This document shows positions 8,464 through 17,706 of a stretch of 61,642 nucleotides of DNA, in pieces. The notes beneath the pieces were generated by a model that did no database searches, was not told the DNA's origin, and was given only the letters and a program-made list of their open reading frames with translations. How positions within the stretch are numbered: position 1 is the first letter of the stretch; each line of letters opens with the position of its first letter. The DNA comes from a virus (Duplodnaviria; Caudoviricetes): IMG/VR virus record IMGVR_UViG_3300034072_001227, positions 1-61,642 of that record, one strand, 5' to 3'. The translations under genes and the position numbers were made by a program.

Positions 8464-8930
8464 CAGGCCTCCATTGCGCAGATCAGCGCTGCCCGGAGGT
8501 GAAGCCCGAGCGGGTTGTAGCGGAAATAATATCTGTTCCGACCAGCGCCAGCGGTCATCTTGCCGCTGGCAAACCAATGCTTCGTCGATTCCAGAAGGAT
8601 GATGGGCTCATAGCCATCATATTCCCCAGAATAGACATCATCTCCGACATCAACGAAATATTCGCAGCGCGCGATCGTGCGGTGCTCATCTTCCGTGCAT
8701 GGCTGCTCTGCCAAGGTATGGGCGCCGAAGCGGAGGAAGGTGATCTGCTCCTCGGTCAGGCGCCCCAGGCAGAAGCGAACCGTCTCGGCGTCGACGTCGG
8801 CGCAAGAGGTGCAATCATAGGTGTTCCCGCCCATCACGTTCTTCTTCGTGCCAAAGCACAGGAAGCAGGTGACGGCGAGATTGCGGGAAAGGGTGAGCAG
8901 CACCTTGGCCGGATTGTCGTTCTCAACCAT
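8463..8930 (-). CDS. hypothetical protein
   Basis: GAGG SD; CxxC motifs. Confidence 0.6.
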   Translation of the reverse strand: MVENDNPAKVLLTLSRNLAVTCFLCFGTKKNVMGGNTYDCTSCADVDAETVRFCLGRLTEEQITFLRFGAHTLAEQPCTEDEHRTIARCEYFVDVGDDVYSGEYDGYEPIILLESTKHWFASGKMTAGAGRNRYYFRYNPLGLHLRAALICAMEA

Positions 8931-9366
8931 GACGCACCTCCCCACGGGCAGCGTCGAGCATCGCCTTGCTCGGGATGATCCCGGCCGGGAAGCGAGACCG
9001 CTGCGGCTTGCGCTCAGCGGCGAGGCAGTTGCGCACATAGGCGGCGCGTTCCTCTTCCCGCGCGGCCCGGCGGCGGGCGATCTCTTCGTGCTCCTGCGAC
9101 CGCGTCATGGAGCGCGTGATAGCGAGGCTCTGGCGCCATTCGTGGAAGCACACATCGGTCGGCGCCGTCTCGAGGAACTTTCGCACGGTCGTGTCCTTGC
9201 GGGCGCGCAGGTCGCGGCTCCCGTCCAGGAACTCGGCGACGTAATTTGGCGATACCTGCTGGTCGTGGCCGAACAGGTCATAGATGGCGGTGGCGATGTT
9301 GGAATTGCTCCAGCCCGACTTCGCCTTGAAGGCGCGCAGCTGCTCGCGCAGTTCGTGGTTGCTCAC
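8923..9366 (-). CDS. hypothetical, possible HTH protein
   Basis: coupled ORF; helical N-terminus. Confidence 0.55.
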   Translation of the reverse strand: MSNHELREQLRAFKAKSGWSNSNIATAIYDLFGHDQQVSPNYVAEFLDGSRDLRARKDTTVRKFLETAPTDVCFHEWRQSLAITRSMTRSQEHEEIARRRAAREEERAAYVRNCLAAERKPQRSRFPAGIIPSKAMLDAARGEVRHG

Positions 9367-9596
9367 AGGTCAAACGCTCCCTGATTGGGGTTGTGGATAT
9401 GGGCTTCGCGGGCCTCGACCTCGCCGATGCCCTTCTCGCGGGCGACGCGGTATCCCTCGACGTCGCGGGGGCGGCCATGCCAGGCGTTGTTGATCTCGCG
9501 CTGAGTATCGCGGGAAACGAGACCCCAATGGCGACGGCACATCAATTTTGATGGATCGATGAAATGCTCGCATCCCTTGGCGGCGCACTGTCCCAT
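9363..9596 (-). CDS. small Cys/His phage protein
   Basis: CAAKGC...LMCRRHW; AAGGAG SD. Confidence 0.7.
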   Translation of the reverse strand: MGQCAAKGCEHFIDPSKLMCRRHWGLVSRDTQREINNAWHGRPRDVEGYRVAREKGIGEVEAREAHIHNPNQGAFDL

Positions 9597-9690
9597 GACG
9601 ATCTCCTTGGCCTTGATAGAGGGAAACGCCGGCCCGGCGTTGAAAGGGTTAGTCCGCCGGGCCGACGCTCCAAGAAAGCATGCCCTGGGG

Positions 9691-9942
9691 TTAGGCAGCG
9701 GCTTCCTTGAAGGTGATGACTTCGCGCGCGGCGATCTGCAGCGTCTCACCCGTGTGCGGGTTGCGGCCAGTGCGGGCGGCGCGCTGCTTGCGGGCGAAGC
9801 GGCCGAAGCCCGGGAGGGCGACGAACTTCTCTTCCGCGATCGCGGCACTCAGGGCCGTGATGACGTTGGTGAGCTGGCGCTCTGCCTCCGCCTTCGTCAT
9901 CCCCTGCGCGACCAGCTTTGCGATAACAGCCTTGTTCTTCAT
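9691..9942 (-). CDS. hup: HU/IHF-family DNA-binding protein
   Basis: LPGFGRF...RAARTGRNPHTGETLQIAA signature. Confidence 0.92.
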   Translation of the reverse strand: MKNKAVIAKLVAQGMTKAEAERQLTNVITALSAAIAEEKFVALPGFGRFARKQRAARTGRNPHTGETLQIAAREVITFKEAAA

Positions 9943-9943
9943 C

Positions 9944-11335
9944 TCAGTCTTCTCCGCCGGCATTGGCATCATTCCCCTGACCCGAGCCGGCTCCGGCGTC
10001 TGGGGCCGAGACCAGGTCCGCGATGCGGTCCGAGAAGGCCTCGTTGATTTCGTTCTGCAGATCTTCGTCTGCGGCATTGATGATCTCGCTCATGCGGCGC
10101 CGGTAGGCGTTGACGCCGTCGACCGCGTTGATGTCCATGAGGCTGTCCAGCACATCCTTGCGCCACACGCCCCATTCCTCCGGGCCTTCGGGCAGCGGAG
10201 CGGGCGCGGCCTTGGCGGCCTGCTTCTTCTGGTCCACCTGCTGCTGCCGGTTTTCCTGCGGTTCGCCGCCCTGCTGGCCTTGCTGACCGCGATCACCGCC
10301 ATTCTGGTCCACCTGGCGCTCGCGCTGGCCTTGTCGATTTTCCTGACCGTTCTGGCGGCCCTGATCGGCCTGATGGCGGTCAATCTGCTCGGCCTGGTCG
10401 AAGGTGCGCCGCATGGCGATGTCAGCCTCGCCGAAGCCGAGATCCATCTCCACGCCGGCCGCGGTGCCGCTCTTGTCCTCGAGCGCCTGATAGTCGCCAC
10501 GCTCGGGCCGCTTGCGGGCAGCGGGCAGCGCCGCGGCGTTCGCCGGGTTGTCGGGATAGAGTTCGATCTCTTCCGCGTCGGGGCGATAGGAGCCGCCCAG
10601 CAGCGTCTTGCGGTGACGGCGCAGGACGGACTTGCGCCACATCTCGGGCTCCATCTTGCCCTCCCAGACCTTGCCCTTCTGCGTCGCGAACTGCTTGAGC
10701 GCGATGATGTCGGCCTTTTCCATCACTTCGTAGGAGACGGTGCCGGTCTTCAAGCGAGCCATGGAGAAGACGCCCAGCATATCGCCGCGCTTGCCCATGG
10801 GGGCGCGCCGCCAAGTGATGGTGCGCACGCCGCCCTCGAGCCCTTCATCATAGAAGTCGCCATCATGGACGATGATCGTCTCGGGCGGATCTTGCACCGT
10901 GCCGATCGCGGCGATCTGCTTGCGCACGCCGGCCACCATGATGTTGTAGCGGGCTTCCCGGAGGTAATATTCCTTGCCGAAATTGTCCTTGTGCTTGTTG
11001 TTGGACGGGATCGCCGCGGCCTCGACGCCGTCCAGGTTCACGCCGTCATAGGCGGCCTTCATGCAGCACAGGACGATCGAGGCCGGCGTGCATTCGAGGA
11101 TATCGGGATTGTTGCGGAGAAGGATGAGCAACGTCGCCTGGACGTGCCGGAACTCGACGTCCTCGGGCAGAACCGCCTCGATCGCGCGCTGCTGGGCGGT
11201 TACGGATTTGACGATCTCCGCCACCCGTTCCTTCTGCCACTGCGCCTGGCTGATCTGCTGGTTCTGTGTCATCTCCTGCCGGGGAGGGCGGTTCTGCCCC
11301 TGGCGGCCGTTCCCGCCCTGTCGCTGCTGGTTCAT
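9944..11335 (-). CDS. recT: RecT-family single-strand annealing recombinase
   Basis: NPDILECTPASIVLCCMKAA...EMWRKSVLRR; long Q-rich C-terminal linker. Confidence 0.85.
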   Translation of the reverse strand: MNQQRQGGNGRQGQNRPPRQEMTQNQQISQAQWQKERVAEIVKSVTAQQRAIEAVLPEDVEFRHVQATLLILLRNNPDILECTPASIVLCCMKAAYDGVNLDGVEAAAIPSNNKHKDNFGKEYYLREARYNIMVAGVRKQIAAIGTVQDPPETIIVHDGDFYDEGLEGGVRTITWRRAPMGKRGDMLGVFSMARLKTGTVSYEVMEKADIIALKQFATQKGKVWEGKMEPEMWRKSVLRRHRKTLLGGSYRPDAEEIELYPDNPANAAALPAARKRPERGDYQALEDKSGTAAGVEMDLGFGEADIAMRRTFDQAEQIDRHQADQGRQNGQENRQGQRERQVDQNGGDRGQQGQQGGEPQENRQQQVDQKKQAAKAAPAPLPEGPEEWGVWRKDVLDSLMDINAVDGVNAYRRRMSEIINAADEDLQNEINEAFSDRIADLVSAPDAGAGSGQGNDANAGGED

Positions 11336-11341
11336 GTGCGC

Positions 11342-12052
11342 TTAGCTCCTGATCGAGGTTGAGCCCTTTTGGGTGATCCGGCACCCGGGCATGGTTTTCT
11401 GTTTCGTGGCCTTGACGATGGCCAGCGCAACCTTGGCGATCGCTTCCTTCACCGGGTCGCTGTTGAGGATGCTCTCCGGCACCTGGAGAACGTCGACAAC
11501 CTCGATCGCGTCGCGCGTCACTTCCGACAGGCGATATCCATAGTCGCCGACGATCTGCTGCTTCCTTGCCGGCCGCGCACCCTCGGGCATGCCTGCCGGT
11601 GTCTCAGTCGGCGAGCTGGGCGCGGTATAGTCGACCGCGGCGCGCGGGGCGGAGGCATCATGCGCGGGCTGGCGGAAGGAGTCCTGCTCGGCCTGCTGCT
11701 CATCCATCAGTGCCTTGCGCTTGGCCGTATAGGCGTCGAGCTTCCCCTGCGGGATCTCGAGCGCTTCGATCACCGGCGCCCAGAAGTCGTTCGCGATGTT
11801 GATGGCCAGCGACCGGGCATCATGGTGCGGGTCGGACACGGTCTTGCGCGCCGCGTGGATCATGGCCTCGATGTCACGCGCCATGCCGATGAAGTCGACG
11901 ACGCGCTTGGCGTCCTCACGGTCGCGCACGACATAGGACGGCGCCTTGGCGATGAACTCATCGCGGCGGGCAGTGAATTGCGCCAGGGCCTCGCTCATCT
12001 GCTCGCGCACGGCGGCGATATAGTCGGGGCGGTTGTGGCCTAGCAGGTTCAT
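11342..12052 (-). CDS. coiled-coil protein upstream of RecT
   Basis: GHNRP N-terminus, helical body, C-terminal MPGCRI. Confidence 0.7.
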   Translation of the reverse strand: MNLLGHNRPDYIAAVREQMSEALAQFTARRDEFIAKAPSYVVRDREDAKRVVDFIGMARDIEAMIHAARKTVSDPHHDARSLAINIANDFWAPVIEALEIPQGKLDAYTAKRKALMDEQQAEQDSFRQPAHDASAPRAAVDYTAPSSPTETPAGMPEGARPARKQQIVGDYGYRLSEVTRDAIEVVDVLQVPESILNSDPVKEAIAKVALAIVKATKQKTMPGCRITQKGSTSIRS

Positions 12053-12252
12053 GCGCTGACAACCTCGCGGAGAAGGAAAATGATGAGCGCAGCGGCAGCG
12101 TATATGCCGCTGATCGAGTGAGCCGTCTTGGCGGTATCGGGAAGGCCCTTCGCGGACAGCGAGAAGCCCTGGAGCGCCAGCGCTACGGCCGCGATGGCCA
12201 ACCCAATAATTGCGATGTTGGTGACTGCGGAAATGAGCAAAACAGGGTTCAT
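12049..12252 (-). CDS. small two-TM membrane protein
   Basis: two hydrophobic segments; ATGA coupling. Confidence 0.7.
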   Translation of the reverse strand: MNPVLLISAVTNIAIIGLAIAAVALALQGFSLSAKGLPDTAKTAHSISGIYAAAALIIFLLREVVSA

Positions 12253-12653
12253 GGCAAACTCGCTGTCAGGGGGTTCACCCGGCCGCCAGTGCGGGCAAAC
12301 GGGTCGGACGGGTCATAGTCCTCGGCATATTGGGCGCGGTCGATTCGATAGGCATATTCCGCCTCTTCGATCCGATCGGCCGAGCACCGGGGCCAGAAGC
12401 GCACGATATCGTCGACCGGCTGGCCCGAGATGAGGGGCGGGTTTTCGGGATCTCCCAGCAGGATTCCGTTGATCTCGATCTGCCACCGAGGCGCCCGGTC
12501 GAGCAGCACGGTCGGATCAAGAGGATCTGCCGGCTGTCCGAACCAGATGCGGATCGGGACGTCGATGCGCAGCCCTGAGAGCTTGAGCAGGAAATATCCC
12601 TCCTGCAGCGCATCGACGCCTTCGCGTTCACGGATGAACGGATCGGGGATCAT
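12249..12653 (-). CDS. hypothetical protein
   Basis: coupled ORF. Confidence 0.65.
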   Translation of the reverse strand: MIPDPFIREREGVDALQEGYFLLKLSGLRIDVPIRIWFGQPADPLDPTVLLDRAPRWQIEINGILLGDPENPPLISGQPVDDIVRFWPRCSADRIEEAEYAYRIDRAQYAEDYDPSDPFARTGGRVNPLTASLP

Positions 12654-13402
12654 TCCGCGATTTTGTCGTCGTCGCTGCGCATGTAGGCGTTCCACCGCCC
12701 CTTGCGCCAGATGTGGGTGCCGCGCGTGCTGTCCTCGGGATCGCCGTAGAAGATATCGCCGGCGAAGGCGCCTCGGTGCGTCGGCATGCCACAGCCCGGG
12801 ACGGCATCGCCCTGGACGCCGATGGGAGCTTCGTTCTCGGCCAGATCAACCGCAGGAAGCGCTGCGCCTTCCTCGACATCCATGTCCGCCAAGGGCTTGA
12901 CGTCGCCATCGACAGCTTCCGGCTGGAGTTCGGCAGCGTCCTCAGGACCGGCTTCGGCGTCAGCGATATCGGCATCCTGCAGCCGCGCCTCGGCGGCATC
13001 CATATCCGCTTCGGACATAACGGGGGCAGCATGTTCGTCGAGAGCTTCGTCCGCAGCGGCAGCTTCCTCCAGCGCCGCCTCCACCCGCTCTTCCATGCGC
13101 TCTACCACCAGGTGGTAGTTGCCCGGCTCGATGCGGAACTCGGTATCGGCGGCGATCTGGCCGTCGGAGGTGCAATAGAGCACGACGGTCGGGATGCTGC
13201 GGGCGACGAAGGTGTCCTTGTCGAAGATCTGCTTGCCCGCCTGGAGCCATTCCATGACTTCGGTCGGGGATGCTGCCGTCACCTCGACGACGGGCGAGGG
13301 GTAGGCGCCAAGGGCGATGCGCCCGGCCTGCTCCCGCGTGGTCGCAGTGACCATGTAGTGATCGCCGCCCACCGCGATCTTGTAAGGGCGTTTCGCGCTC
13401 AT
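12650..13402 (-). CDS. acidic hypothetical protein, first gene of the left arm
   Basis: GAAGGA SD; E/D/A-rich linker. Confidence 0.75.
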   Translation of the reverse strand: MSAKRPYKIAVGGDHYMVTATTREQAGRIALGAYPSPVVEVTAASPTEVMEWLQAGKQIFDKDTFVARSIPTVVLYCTSDGQIAADTEFRIEPGNYHLVVERMEERVEAALEEAAAADEALDEHAAPVMSEADMDAAEARLQDADIADAEAGPEDAAELQPEAVDGDVKPLADMDVEEGAALPAVDLAENEAPIGVQGDAVPGCGMPTHRGAFAGDIFYGDPEDSTRGTHIWRKGRWNAYMRSDDDKIAE

Positions 13403-13485
13403 ATGCGTCCTTCCGGTTGCTCAAAAATGGGAGCGGAGGCGCACTGGATCTATCCGGTGTGAAGGATGTCTTCGCCGTGGCCTTG

Positions 13486-13610
13486 GCTCGCAATCTGATT
13501 GCACGCATATTTGTTGGGGCGCAACAGGAAAATGCACATGCCGAGAAATTAGATTTCATTTTGTCCGTTGACCAAGCCATGCTGCCGCGCATAGGAAGGG
13601 GCATCAATTT
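13486..13610. promoter_or_regulatory. divergent control region
   Basis: leftward TTGCGCCCCAACAAA motif and GCAATCTGATTGC palindrome; rightward TTGACC at ~13568; transcription diverges here. Confidence 0.6.
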
Positions 13611-13622
13611 CAAGGCAGGAAC

Positions 13623-13874
13623 ATGACCGAGACGAAGCCGCGAGGGAAAGAGATCATTGAGCTGCTGGGGGGCGTGGATCACGTTTCAAAGCTCACCGGC
13701 CGCACCAAGCGGCAGGTCTATTACTGGCGCGCCAACGGGATCATTCCCGAGGATGTGCGATCCATCCTGTTGCGCGACGCCGCATCTCGCGGCCTGCCTC
13801 ACCACCCTTTCGACTATGTCGCCCATCTGCTCCCCATCGTGGACCAGTCGGCGGCCAATAAATCCCGGGGCTGA
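13623..13874 (+). CDS. Cro-like HTH regulator
   Basis: IIELLGGVDHVSKLTGRTKRQVYYWRANGIIP. Confidence 0.8.
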   Translation: MTETKPRGKEIIELLGGVDHVSKLTGRTKRQVYYWRANGIIPEDVRSILLRDAASRGLPHHPFDYVAHLLPIVDQSAANKSRG

Positions 13875-13921
13875 TCCCCGCGATCGCGGCTTCGGCCGTG
13901 TCACAAACCAAGGAGAATATC

Positions 13922-14419
13922 ATGGCTCGTAAAGCCGACGCATCGAGCGTTTCGGATGCCATCCGTCCAGCGGACTTCCGCGGGGCAGTGATGCTCATCC
14001 GCACGATCGACGCGAAAAAGGACAAGATCGCGTCCGTTAATGGCGAGATCGGCGACATCTGGGCGAAGGTCGAGGGCAAGAAGGTCAGCAAGGCCGCTGG
14101 CAAGATGTTCCTCACCCTCGACAAGAAGGAGCCCGACGATCGCGTCACCATCATGCGCGACCTCAACAAGCTGATCGACGCCGCCGGCTGGAGCGAGACC
14201 GCCGCGGATCTGGTCGACATGGCTGAGGACAACGTCGTGCAGATGCGCGCCGGCAAGGGCAAGGCTGCGGCTGCGGCCGAAGCGGATGGCGAGGAAGGTG
14301 ATGAGGCCGGCGGCGAAGAAGCCGGAGATCCCGAGCCGCCCAAGGGATCGGCCCTCGCCCGCTTCAAGGAAAGCCGCGCGAAGGTCGAAGACCACCTCTC
14401 GGGCAAGACGGCCCACTAA
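13922..14419 (+). CDS. GapR (DUF2312)-like nucleoid-associated protein with acidic tail
   Basis: IRTIDAKKDKIASVNGEIGDIWAKVEGKKVSKAAGKMFLTLDKKEPDDR parallels the GapR helix pattern. Confidence 0.55.
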   Translation: MARKADASSVSDAIRPADFRGAVMLIRTIDAKKDKIASVNGEIGDIWAKVEGKKVSKAAGKMFLTLDKKEPDDRVTIMRDLNKLIDAAGWSETAADLVDMAEDNVVQMRAGKGKAAAAAEADGEEGDEAGGEEAGDPEPPKGSALARFKESRAKVEDHLSGKTAH

Positions 14420-14994
14420 TGGCTGAATATTGCGTCCTCGCGCTCGATCTGGCGACCACCACCGGGTGGGCGATCTGGAAGACGGGCATGAAAAGGCCGC
14501 ACGTTGGAGCGCTCCGCCTCCCTGCTAATCCGCAGGAGGTGGGGCGACCCATCGCAGCGCTCTTCACCCAGCTCATGGACCTCGACCAGACCTATGGCCC
14601 GATCACCGACCTGGTGTTTGAGGCCCAGCACATCGCAGCGAAGGTCAACGCGGACACCGTCTATCGCCTAATTGGGCTTGGCGCGCATTGCGAGTGGATC
14701 GCCCATGAGTGGTCGCAGCAGCCGCGCCGGCAGAAGGTGCGATGCTTCAAATGCCACATCCAGTCTTGGCGTAAGCACTTCATCGGCCAAGGGACTGGCC
14801 TGTCGACGCAGGCCTTCAAGGAGGCCGCCATCCGCAAGGCCGAGGAGCTTGGCGTCATCACCGAAGTCGCCGACGCCGCCGAGGCATTCGGCATCCTCGA
14901 CTATTACCTCGCCCAGATCGCCCAGGCGGATCGCAGCGTCGTGACCCCGTGGCGTGACAATGCGCTGTTCAAGGCCCCGGGGCTCGATCTGTGA
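14419..14994 (+). CDS. RuvC-like Holliday junction resolvase
   Basis: VLALDLATTTGWA...VFE...WRKHFIGQG...DAAEAFGI. Confidence 0.8.
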   Translation: MAEYCVLALDLATTTGWAIWKTGMKRPHVGALRLPANPQEVGRPIAALFTQLMDLDQTYGPITDLVFEAQHIAAKVNADTVYRLIGLGAHCEWIAHEWSQQPRRQKVRCFKCHIQSWRKHFIGQGTGLSTQAFKEAAIRKAEELGVITEVADAAEAFGILDYYLAQIAQADRSVVTPWRDNALFKAPGLDL

Positions 14995-15554
14995 GCGACA
15001 TGCTCGCCGGCCTCCCGCTGTTCCACTTCAAGGTGATCCACATCGATCCGGTGTGGTCCTATACGATGCGGACGCCGAAGGGTTACGAGAAGTCGCCGCA
15101 GAAGCACTATGACTGCCTGACGATCGAGCAGTTGAAGGACATCCCGATCGGCCAGCATGCGGCGCCAGACAGCGCCATGGTGATGTGGGGCGTATTCCCC
15201 ATGATGCCCCAGGCGATCGAGCTGCTGGCGCATTACGGTTATCGCTATGTCACCGGCGGCGCTTGGGCGAAGCAGTCGCCGACCGGGCGCAAGTGGGCGT
15301 TCGGATCTGGGTATGTGCTGCGCGGCGCGTCGGAGTTCTACATCGTCGGCAAGATGGGAAACCCGGTCGAGAAGTCGAAATCCGTCCGCAACCTGATCGT
15401 GGCGCCCCGGCGGGAGCACAGCCGCAAGCCCGAGCAGATCTATTCCGACATCGAAGCGCTCTGGGATGGGCCGTATCTCGATGTCTTCGGGCGGTGCCAG
15501 CGCCCCGGCTGGACCGTCGTCGGCAACGAAGCTCATAAATTCGAGGAAGCATGA
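14991..15554 (+). CDS. MT-A70 family N6-adenine methyltransferase
   Basis: DPVW (DPPW-like), HYDCL, G.GYVLRGASE, REHSRKPE, YLDVFGR..RPGW.VVGNE. Confidence 0.9.
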   Translation: MSDMLAGLPLFHFKVIHIDPVWSYTMRTPKGYEKSPQKHYDCLTIEQLKDIPIGQHAAPDSAMVMWGVFPMMPQAIELLAHYGYRYVTGGAWAKQSPTGRKWAFGSGYVLRGASEFYIVGKMGNPVEKSKSVRNLIVAPRREHSRKPEQIYSDIEALWDGPYLDVFGRCQRPGWTVVGNEAHKFEEA

Positions 15555-17068
15555 ACAAGGCCAATTCCCAGACCCGCCTCTCCGTCGCGGAGATGCCGAA
15601 GAATGTTGAGGGCGAATATGCGCTGCTCGGCGCGATGATGATGGACAACCAGTGGATAGCGCGCGCGGTCGAGCGCCTGACGCCCGATGACTTCTTCGAG
15701 CCCTTCCACGGCCGCGTCTTCAAGGCGATGTCGAAGATGCATGAGAACGGCCGCATGGTGACGCCGATCACGCTCAAGCCCATCGTTGAGATGGACCCGG
15801 CGCTCGAGGGACTTGGCGGCCTCGGCTACATCGTGCGCGCGACCTCGGACAATGGCGCGCTGCTCATGGCGTCGGACATGATCGACCAGATCCAGATCCT
15901 CGCCAGCCGGCGCAAGTCCATGATCGCCATGGCGGACGGCATCGACGCCCTCGCCGACACCGCTGAGGATATCGAGGACACGCTCGAGATCGTCGACGGC
16001 ATCGAGGACCAGATCCGGCTGGCCACCGCGCGCGAGCACCGCGAGAAGGTGCGCCGGCTGTCGGATGCGACCGAGAGCGTGCGCAACCGCGCCAGGCAGG
16101 CGGAGAGCGGTGTGATGATCGGGGCGAAGTGCCGCACCATCCCACAGATCGACGAAATGCTCGGGCCTATTGAGCGCGCGACGCTGAATATTATCGGCGG
16201 CAGACCTGGCCAAGCAAAGACCAGCAGCGCCGTTTCCATGGCTCTGGGCTATGCTGCTAATGGATTTGCGACCGAGTTCTTCCACCTCGAGATGAAGGAC
16301 GAACAGCTCGACTTGCGCGTCATCTCTGACATCTCGGAGATGATCGGCCAGCCCATCACCTTCGAGGCGATCAAGAAGGGGCGGCTGGGCAGCGACGACT
16401 TCCGGGTGCTCGAGCGCATCGAGGAAATGCAGGACATGCTCCCGATCGAGTTCACCGCGCTCAAGACCCGCACCGACATTCGGAAGATCGAGAGCCTGAT
16501 CGTGCGGGCGAAGCGCAAGTGGGAGCGGCGCAAGAAGAAGCTCTGGTGCGTGTTCATCGACTACATGCAGCTGATCGGCGCCACCTCCAACGGCAAGCAG
16601 CTGGATGACGACTTGAAGCGGATCTCGACCGTCTGCGCTGCGCTCAACGAGATGAAGCAGAAGCACGACATCGCGATCTTCGCCCTGGCGCAGCTGTCGC
16701 GCGACGTCGACCGCCGACCTGACAAGCGCCCGCTCATGGCCGACCTCAAAGGCAGCGGCGATCTGGAGCAGGACGCCGACTCGATCACCTTCTGCTTCCG
16801 GCCCGAATATTACCTGGAGGGCGCTGAGCCGACGAAGAAGGACAGCACCGAGTGGGAGGAATGGAACGCGGAGTATCAGGCGTCGCGCGACAAGCTCGAC
16901 CTCATCTGTCGGAAGAACCGCCATGGCGCGCCGTCGACCGTAACCACCCGGTTTATCAAGGAACATTACGCCGTCCGCAGCCGCACGCGCCGCACCGAAC
17001 TGGATGAGCCGATCCTCCAGCGCGACATGTTCGACGGCGCTGAGATGGAGATGGTGGAGAATTTTTGA
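15551..17068 (+). CDS. dnaB: replicative DNA helicase
   Basis: GRPGQAKT Walker A, FIDYMQLI, LAQLSR, RPLMADLKGSGDLEQDAD, KNRHG. Confidence 0.95.
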   Translation: MNKANSQTRLSVAEMPKNVEGEYALLGAMMMDNQWIARAVERLTPDDFFEPFHGRVFKAMSKMHENGRMVTPITLKPIVEMDPALEGLGGLGYIVRATSDNGALLMASDMIDQIQILASRRKSMIAMADGIDALADTAEDIEDTLEIVDGIEDQIRLATAREHREKVRRLSDATESVRNRARQAESGVMIGAKCRTIPQIDEMLGPIERATLNIIGGRPGQAKTSSAVSMALGYAANGFATEFFHLEMKDEQLDLRVISDISEMIGQPITFEAIKKGRLGSDDFRVLERIEEMQDMLPIEFTALKTRTDIRKIESLIVRAKRKWERRKKKLWCVFIDYMQLIGATSNGKQLDDDLKRISTVCAALNEMKQKHDIAIFALAQLSRDVDRRPDKRPLMADLKGSGDLEQDADSITFCFRPEYYLEGAEPTKKDSTEWEEWNAEYQASRDKLDLICRKNRHGAPSTVTTRFIKEHYAVRSRTRRTELDEPILQRDMFDGAEMEMVENF

Positions 17069-17706
17069 TGAGGGGGCTTGCCGAAGGGCGGGCCTCGGGA
17101 GCATAAAGTGAAAACCCCGGGGTTAGCCGCCCCGGGGTCTTCGACAAGACCGCGATGCTGCCGCGAGAAATGTCACTGCCTAAATAAGGCAATGCCGTTC
17201 CACTCGCAATCGCAAAAAGCGCTAGAAAGCGAGTGAACGATGAACTTCTCCCCCTGAAAATCACCCAATCGAGTTGGGTTTCCTGTCCGTCTGGCCCTCC
17301 GGCTCTCTCCGGTTCAAGAAGTGACAGAAGCCAAGCTGGCAATAGGGCTGCATGCACGTCCCGCCGGATCGCTTCACAACCAGATGGGCAACCTGGATAA
17401 CCGGCCCTGTATCTCAGGCGTTACCCCCGCGCCGCCGACCGCCGATGTGGGCATAGGCAGAACTGCGAAATTTTGAGTGCCGTTGCCCATTGTGGGCGAT
17501 GATGTGACCACGACAGGAGAAGTCTCGGCAACGAGGTGGATCGAACGGTGGAGACCAGGGCTGGCCCCCCTTCCTGATGGACATAGGGCATCGCAGGGAA
17601 TTGAGATTGAAGCATCAGGAGCCGCCGTCCGTGCAAGCCCCCAACAGCCAGGAGTCTGTTGGTAGCACCCTAGACGGGGGGCGGGTTGTATCTAAAGGAG
17701 ATCGAC

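Noticed and set aside
9707-11362. Long antisense ORFs (e.g. 9707-11362, 15533-17104, 26692-28338, 28335-30188, 34700-36943)
   Set aside because: Shadow ORFs expected opposite high-GC3 genes; no motifs or ribosome-binding sites
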